The notes under the pieces: generated by a model
Database searches by the model: none
What the model saw: only the letters and a program-made list of their open reading frames with translations
What the model was told of the DNA's origin: nothing
Made by a program: the position numbers and the translations under genes
In this document: in pieces, positions 54,627-59,852 of the stretch
How positions within the stretch are numbered: the first letter of the stretch is position 1
Layout: every line of letters begins with the position of its first letter
Assembly: GCA_026992635.1 (NCBI GenBank)
Contig: JALWYU010000047.1
Span: 1 to 59,852 of the forward strand
Origin: Bacteroidota bacterium
Lineage (GTDB): Bacteria; Bacteroidota; Bacteroidia; JAADEI01
Length of the DNA: 59,852 bases
Direction of reading: 5' to 3'

Positions 54627-57600
54627 TTAGAAGTCCAGGGATAGGGAGAAGAGGAGGACGGGTGGCAGGGCGATGAATTCTTCGTAGGGGTAGGCGATGT
54701 CTACGCGGAGCATGTAGCCGAGGATGAGGAAGCGCAGTCCCCAGCCCCAGCTCCACACGAAGGGTTCTCGCTGGTAGCGTGCGATGATGGTGATGGGTCC
54801 GTTGGAGATGATGTCCTGGTTGATGGGGTTTTCTTCGTCGTAGGGAGAGGTTCCGACCCAGGCTGTGCCGATGTCGCCGAAAGCGACGACCATCAGATTC
54901 TGGAAGAAGTGGGAAGTGGGGAAGAGCTGGAGGCTTCGGAACAGGTACCATCGGTATTCGGTGTTGATGAGGAGAGTTGACTTTCCGTTGCGGATGTTGA
55001 GTGGGTGGCCGCGCAGGGGCGTGACGATAGAGGCGAAACGCCACTGGTAGTTGGGTGCCGGTGGTGTGTTTTCCTGTGGCAGTGGGTTGAGCCAGCTCTC
55101 TACGCCGCCCAGGAGGAAGAGGATGGTGCTGGGTCCGAAGGAATGGGCGGCAAGTGTTCGGAAAGCCAGTACGCTCCATCGGTTGATTCGGATGTACTGT
55201 CGCCAGTCTATACCGAGTAAGCCCAGCCAGTCGTTGGCGGGGTAGAGGGTTTGTTGTGGGATAGAGAGGCTGTCAATTTTTCGTCGCCATTCAATCCAGA
55301 GGTGTCCGCGCAGTCCCCAGGGTAGGTTGATGCCAAGTGATCGGGTGTTGTTCCATTTGAGTGCGAGCCGTGCGCCTATCCATCGTGTAGTGAATGTGGG
55401 GATCTGGAGGGAGATGGGGTCGATGACGTAGAAGAGGAGTCGGTCGTATCGGAAGAACAGTTCGGTTTGGAGTGCGACGACTTCGGTGAAGGGGTATGTC
55501 CAGCTGTTGAGGAAGAGGTGTGTTCGGATTCGGTAGGGGAAGACCAGGTAGAAGAAGGGGAATTCGCCCTGGAGTTGCCGGTAGAAGTAGAGGAACTGGT
55601 AGTCCAGGCGTTTGCGCAGTCTGAGGAAGCGTCCGAAGAGTTCAATTTGGTCGGCGTTGGTGGAGATGCGGAATCCGCCTTCAAAGGTCCAGTCTTCCAT
55701 GAGGTCTGTGAGTGCGAGTCGGAAGAAGGGTGAGAGGTCGGGCAGGGGGTACTGGTCTGTGGGGAGGGTTTCCAGGGCGATGTAGGGCGTCCACAGGATG
55801 GAGTTGTCAAACTGGCTGACGAAGTACTGGAGAGAGAGCCGTGGGAAGTAGGGCAGGATTTTGCGTTTACGGGTTTGGGTTTGGGTAGTGGGGAGGACTT
55901 CTTCCTGGCTGAGGGGTGGGAAGTAGGGAGGCAGTCGTGTTTGTGAGGTTTGTGGTTGGGGCTGTTCTTCTTGTTCTTGTTGTTGTGCGGGAGGCAGGGT
56001 GGTCATGGGGGTGTGTAGGGTGGGTTTTGAGTCCGATGTATTGAGGGGTTTGGGTTTGTCGAGTCGTTGCCAGGGTTGCCAGAGGAGGTGTGGGTAGGCG
56101 TGAGGTCCTGTGCCGAGCATTCCGTGTGGTGAGAACCATGTGGTGGTCAGGGGTATGTAGGGCATTTGTGCGATTTCCTGGATGTAGATGGTGTCGCGGT
56201 AGACGGGCACATACCAGAGTGAATCAATTTGTTGCCACCATGTGGAGTCTGGGGGTTGGGGGTTGATGTAGATAGAGTCCTGGTAGAGGACGCAGGTATC
56301 CCATCGGACGAAGTAGGTGTCTGTCGTGAGTGTAGCCAGGTGGATAGAGGAGTCGGCGCGCTGGTAGACGAAGTAGGTGGTGGCGTGTTGCTGGAGGAGT
56401 GTTAGGGGCTGGAGGGAGGTGGGCAAATGGATGGTGGGTGGTGGTGGTGTGTTTTTGGTTTTGGAGAGTGGGTGGAAGGAGATTGTCCAGGTGTAGGAAG
56501 GAGGGGTTTGTGTCAGGAGGTAGATGCCTCGTTGTCCGGTTTGTGTTTTTCCGTAGGCGGTGTGGATTTGGTCGCCGGGTTGTGGTATTCGTTTCAGGTG
56601 GAGGGAGTGGACGTCCAGGAGGTAGGCGTCGGTTTCCCCGGCTTGTGTTGCGGTGAGGAGGATCTGGTCGGAGGTAAGGAAGGTGGCGGAATGGATGTCG
56701 TCAAAGTAGGGGAAGGGGTGTCGTGTTTTTTTCCATCGGGTTTTGGTTTGGTTTGGTCTTTGTTCTGTTTGTTTGGGTGTCCAGAGGATGAATTGCCAGT
56801 CTCCCTGTTTGTAGATGAATGCGGCGAGGGTGGATGCGTCGGGTGCGAGTGCGATGATGGGATGTGAGGGGTCTGTGGGGAAGTCCAGGTTTCGGAATCC
56901 GCCGCGCAGCAGGGTTTTTTGGGGTTGGAAACGGTTTCGTTTTTCATTCCATGTCCAGTATTTGATTTTCCATCTACCCATAGATTGGTGAGCGGTGAGG
57001 AGTGCGGTTTGGTGGGTACCGGTTATGGATGTGGTTGTCCAGCTTTTGGCGAGGAGAGGCGGTCGCCATCTACCCATTTTTGTAGTTTGTCGTCGTGTTG
57101 TGCAAATTGTTTGCTGGAGGGTATACATGGTTTGTTGCCACTGGTGGTGGAAGGAGTCGGGAGTCATGTGTGCGACGTAGAAGAGTGCAGTTTCTATGCT
57201 TTTGTCCTGGTAGGCGAGGGCGAGAAAGTCAATGAATCGGTTTGTGGGTAGATGCTGGTTCAGTGTGTACCAGAAGGTCATTCCTGCCAGGAGTGGGTTG
57301 CGTTTCAGGAGTTTGGCAAAACGGAGTTTATGCTGGGGTGTTGGTGGGGTGAGCCACAGGCAGAGGTCGGGCAGTGTGGCTTGCCATCCGTTGTTGACGT
57401 ATCGGAAGTAGGTTTCCACGAGCCATCCGGGCAGGTCGGAGCTTCCGGTGAGGGTACGGATGATGGACTGGAGTGCGCCGGCGAAGAGGGAACGGTCTAA
57501 GAGGATTCGGAGCAAGCCGTCGCGCAGTTGCTGGTCCAGGTTGGCGTAGGAACCCTGGAAGGCAACGAAGATTCGTGTTCCCTGGATGCGTGAGATCCAG

Positions 57601-58019
57601 CCAATATTCCAGAATTCGGCTTGTCTGCCCAGGTTGGTTTGTCGGAGTTCCTGTGGTGTTCGGTAGACGAGGATGTCAAAGGTGAGGTCGGGGTCCCGGT
57701 ACTGGACTAAGGCTTCTACTTCGCGCAGGATCTGGGGTGCGCGTTGTGCGATGTACGTGGCGACTTTTTGGCTGCCCTCGTAGAAGTAGATTCGGAAGGG
57801 GGGCTGGTGGAGGACCATCCATTCTGGCTGGCGGTATTGTATGCGCCATCGGGTAAATTCAACCTGGGTAATTTGACTGTGGAGGGTGGTGGGGAGCAAT
57901 TGCGTGAGAATTGTTGTTAGTGTAAGGAGAAAGGAGAGGAATGGGTGGTTCGGGTCGTGGTTCGTTGGGCTCGTCGTCGTCTGCGTCTGCCGCTTTGGTG
58001 GGATTGGGGGTGTGGACAT
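54627..58019 (-). CDS. Large Omp85/BamA-superfamily outer-membrane protein with a long N-terminal periplasmic region
   Basis: The C-terminal barrel ends ...WGWGLRFLILGYMLRVDIAYPYEEFIALPPVLLFSLSLDF. The probable start is ATG 58019 (MSTPPIPPKRQ...HPFLSFLLTLTTILTQLL signal). The 267 codons further upstream in the track ORF are antisense to xerD. Confidence 0.6.
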   Translation of the reverse strand: MSTPPIPPKRQTQTTTSPTNHDPNHPFLSFLLTLTTILTQLLPTTLHSQITQVEFTRWRIQYRQPEWMVLHQPPFRIYFYEGSQKVATYIAQRAPQILREVEALVQYRDPDLTFDILVYRTPQELRQTNLGRQAEFWNIGWISRIQGTRIFVAFQGSYANLDQQLRDGLLRILLDRSLFAGALQSIIRTLTGSSDLPGWLVETYFRYVNNGWQATLPDLCLWLTPPTPQHKLRFAKLLKRNPLLAGMTFWYTLNQHLPTNRFIDFLALAYQDKSIETALFYVAHMTPDSFHHQWQQTMYTLQQTICTTRRQTTKMGRWRPPLLAKSWTTTSITGTHQTALLTAHQSMGRWKIKYWTWNEKRNRFQPQKTLLRGGFRNLDFPTDPSHPIIALAPDASTLAAFIYKQGDWQFILWTPKQTEQRPNQTKTRWKKTRHPFPYFDDIHSATFLTSDQILLTATQAGETDAYLLDVHSLHLKRIPQPGDQIHTAYGKTQTGQRGIYLLTQTPPSYTWTISFHPLSKTKNTPPPPTIHLPTSLQPLTLLQQHATTYFVYQRADSSIHLATLTTDTYFVRWDTCVLYQDSIYINPQPPDSTWWQQIDSLWYVPVYRDTIYIQEIAQMPYIPLTTTWFSPHGMLGTGPHAYPHLLWQPWQRLDKPKPLNTSDSKPTLHTPMTTLPPAQQQEQEEQPQPQTSQTRLPPYFPPLSQEEVLPTTQTQTRKRKILPYFPRLSLQYFVSQFDNSILWTPYIALETLPTDQYPLPDLSPFFRLALTDLMEDWTFEGGFRISTNADQIELFGRFLRLRKRLDYQFLYFYRQLQGEFPFFYLVFPYRIRTHLFLNSWTYPFTEVVALQTELFFRYDRLLFYVIDPISLQIPTFTTRWIGARLALKWNNTRSLGINLPWGLRGHLWIEWRRKIDSLSIPQQTLYPANDWLGLLGIDWRQYIRINRWSVLAFRTLAAHSFGPSTILFLLGGVESWLNPLPQENTPPAPNYQWRFASIVTPLRGHPLNIRNGKSTLLINTEYRWYLFRSLQLFPTSHFFQNLMVVAFGDIGTAWVGTSPYDEENPINQDIISNGPITIIARYQREPFVWSWGWGLRFLILGYMLRVDIAYPYEEFIALPPVLLFSLSLDF

Positions 58020-58927
58020 GGGCTCGTGCTTATCGGGCGTTTGCCCGGTTTTTGACCTTTGGGAAAAACTTACAGCCCAATACAGTTTCTGCGTATTTAC
58101 AGGACTTGCGTTTGTTGGAAACGTATTTAGGTACGGATTTTGTGCCTCAATCTTTTCCGGTGGAGATTTTGCATGGTTTCTTTTACTGGTTGTATGAGCG
58201 GGGGTTGTCTGTTCGGACGCAGGCGCGGGTAGCTTCCTCGTTGCGTGCTTTCTTTCGTTTTTTGTGGCGAGAGCGGTATATAGAGGAGGATCCTTCGGAT
58301 CTGGTGCCGGTTCCTCGGGTTGGGCGTAAGTTGCCGGATGTTCTTTCGGAGGAGGAGGTGTTTCGGTTGCTGGAGATGCCGGATGTGGACACGCCGTGGG
58401 GTTTACGTGATCGTGCGCTGTTAGAAGTGTTGTATGGTGGGGGTTTACGGGTTTCGGAGGCTGTGCAACTGCAGTTGCGGGATGTGGATTGGGAGGAGGG
58501 GTTGGTTCGTGTTCGTGGGAAAGGCGGTCGTGATCGGCTGGTTCCCTTAGCTGGGCGTGTGCTCCGGTGGGTTGATCGGTATCTTCGTGAGGTGCGCAGT
58601 CAGTGGAAGGTTTCGGAGCGTGGTTCCTCGTATTTGTTTTTGAATCGGCGTGGTAATCCTTTAACGCGCGTGTATGTTTACATGATGGTTCGGCGGTATG
58701 CGGCGTTGGCTGGGATAGGCAGGAAGGTTTCCCCGCACACGCTGCGGCATTCGTTTGCCACGCATTTGTTGCGCAATGGAGCGGATTTGCGTGTGGTTCA
58801 GGCGCTGCTGGGTCATGCACTGGTTACGACCACGCAAATTTACCTGCATCTGGAGAAGGAGGATCTTGTTCGGGCGCTGGAAGCGTGTCATCCGCTGTAT
58901 CGGGTCGGGGCTGGTGAACGCCTGTAA
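58010..58927 (+). CDS. xerD: Tyrosine site-specific recombinase XerD
   Basis: Has RLLEVLYGGGLRVSEAVQL, and HTLRHSFATHLLRNGADLRVVQALLGHALVTTTQIYLHL with the catalytic Tyr. GTG 58010 gives the usual ~17-aa lead before GKNLQPNT. The track ORF starts at 57941. Confidence 0.85.
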   Translation: MWTWARAYRAFARFLTFGKNLQPNTVSAYLQDLRLLETYLGTDFVPQSFPVEILHGFFYWLYERGLSVRTQARVASSLRAFFRFLWRERYIEEDPSDLVPVPRVGRKLPDVLSEEEVFRLLEMPDVDTPWGLRDRALLEVLYGGGLRVSEAVQLQLRDVDWEEGLVRVRGKGGRDRLVPLAGRVLRWVDRYLREVRSQWKVSERGSSYLFLNRRGNPLTRVYVYMMVRRYAALAGIGRKVSPHTLRHSFATHLLRNGADLRVVQALLGHALVTTTQIYLHLEKEDLVRALEACHPLYRVGAGERL

Positions 58928-58965
58928 AAAAGAAGCGCTGTATGTGCTGTTGAATTGTGTTGGGG

Positions 58966-59852
58966 ATGGCAGGTGGTTGGCGTCTGAAACTGGTGGATTT
59001 GTTGCTTGGTCTTCAGACGTTGGGGGTCTATGGTCTTTTACGTGGAGTGGTTCGGTATCGTCGTGGGGTTGTTCGTGGGAATTTGCGTCGGGTGTACGGA
59101 GTGGGAGGAGCCCGTCTCACCTACTATGAGGATTTTTTCTATCGGTACTTCTCACGGTTGCTGGTGGAGGTTTTGTGGCAGCGCTGGTTGCCAGGTCAAT
59201 GGATAGATGAACATTGCTGGTTATGTGTGGGCGAGAAGGAACGCGAAGTACTATTTGGGCGAGGGACGAAGCTGGTGCTGGTTCCACATTATGGGAACTG
59301 GGAGGTGGCAGGTTTGTTTCTTGCCCGTTGGCTGCCGATGCCGGTTGTGGCTGTGTACAAGCCGTTACACAGTCGGTTTTGGGATCGTTTTGTTCGGCGC
59401 ATGCGTATGCGCTATGGCACGCGACTTGTTGCTATGCAGGAGATTGTGCGCTATCTTGCACTTACATATCGGCAGGACCAGATCATTGTACTGATTGCGG
59501 ATCAGAACCCGGTGCATTTGCATGCGTGCTGGTGGTACCCCTTTTTTGGTACATATGTGCCGGTGTACTGGGGTGCGGAAAAGCTGGCGCGCCGATACGG
59601 TCTGCCGGTGTTCTTTGCGTGGTCTCATCCTCATCCGGGAATAATAGGGGTGCGCTATGCGATTCACTTTCAGTTACTGAGCGAAGATGCGTCCCAGCTG
59701 GAGGAAGGACAATTGACGGCACTGTTTATGGCATGGTTGGAGAGGTTACTGGAGGCGGATGGGCGCTGGTGGTTGTGGAGTCACCGGCGATGGAAGCACT
59801 CGGGTCGGTATAGAGAGGGGCTGAAGGAGTTGGGGGAGGAGGTTGTGGGATG
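58966..59852 (+). CDS. Lipid A biosynthesis (LpxL/HtrB-type) lysophospholipid acyltransferase, 3' end beyond the window
   Basis: This ORF is not in the track because it has no stop in the window. My translation from ATG 58966 is open to 59852: MAGGWRLKLVDLLLGLQTLGVYGLLRGVVRYRRGVVRGNLRRVYG...LVLVPHYGNWEVAGLF (HxxxxE-type HYGNWE motif)...IVLIADQNP.... Confidence 0.75.
   Translation, partial: MAGGWRLKLVDLLLGLQTLGVYGLLRGVVRYRRGVVRGNLRRVYGVGGARLTYYEDFFYRYFSRLLVEVLWQRWLPGQWIDEHCWLCVGEKEREVLFGRGTKLVLVPHYGNWEVAGLFLARWLPMPVVAVYKPLHSRFWDRFVRRMRMRYGTRLVAMQEIVRYLALTYRQDQIIVLIADQNPVHLHACWWYPFFGTYVPVYWGAEKLARRYGLPVFFAWSHPHPGIIGVRYAIHFQLLSEDASQLEEGQLTALFMAWLERLLEADGRWWLWSHRRWKHSGRYREGLKELGEEVVG

Noticed and set aside
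58020-58820. N-terminal 267 codons of the 1397-aa track ORF
   Set aside because: This part lies antisense to xerD, which has the catalytic RHRY-type motifs. It is P/T/H/A-rich with no signal peptide. A normal signal peptide follows the internal ATG at 58019.

Overview
This is about 60 kb of bacterial chromosome. The gene content suggests the Bacteroidota/FCB group: a fused E1 alpha/beta dehydrogenase, LptD- and Omp85-like outer-membrane proteins, a Por/T9SS-type C-terminal tail, and SBBP-type propeller and LVIVD proteins. The taxon cannot be proven from this window.

Housekeeping genes make up the flanks. These are deoC, rpsT, a pseudouridine synthase, fabI, accD, an SNF2/SWIM helicase with an arsC-like gene, ogt, rsmA, lipA, sufBCD, a recF-like gene, pckA, topA, xerD, and a 3'-truncated lpxL-like gene that the ORF track omits.

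Three zones stand out:
- Positions 1-3177: a cassette island at the 3' end of a tRNA(CAU). Two copies of a roughly 300-nt conserved, hairpin-rich module each precede an unrelated two-gene cassette (a RelE-like pair, and a PIN plus membrane-anchored pair).
- About 19.5-31.6 kb: an accessory zone with three paralogous secreted-protein genes that share an N-terminal module. Two of them carry 5-nt tandem repeats in the signal-peptide region and currently lack an in-frame start codon. The zone also holds a decayed IS256 transposase, an IS4/IS1634-type transposase, arrays of degenerate 21-22-bp repeats and AT-richer orphan genes.
- Two perfect palindromes of 90 and 96 bp that belong to the same sequence family.

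The whole window shows a strong G+T excess on the + strand regardless of gene orientation. This visibly shapes protein composition and generates many long spurious antisense ORFs. The central roughly 22 kb looks much less skewed by eye. No CRISPR array and no rRNA gene was seen.
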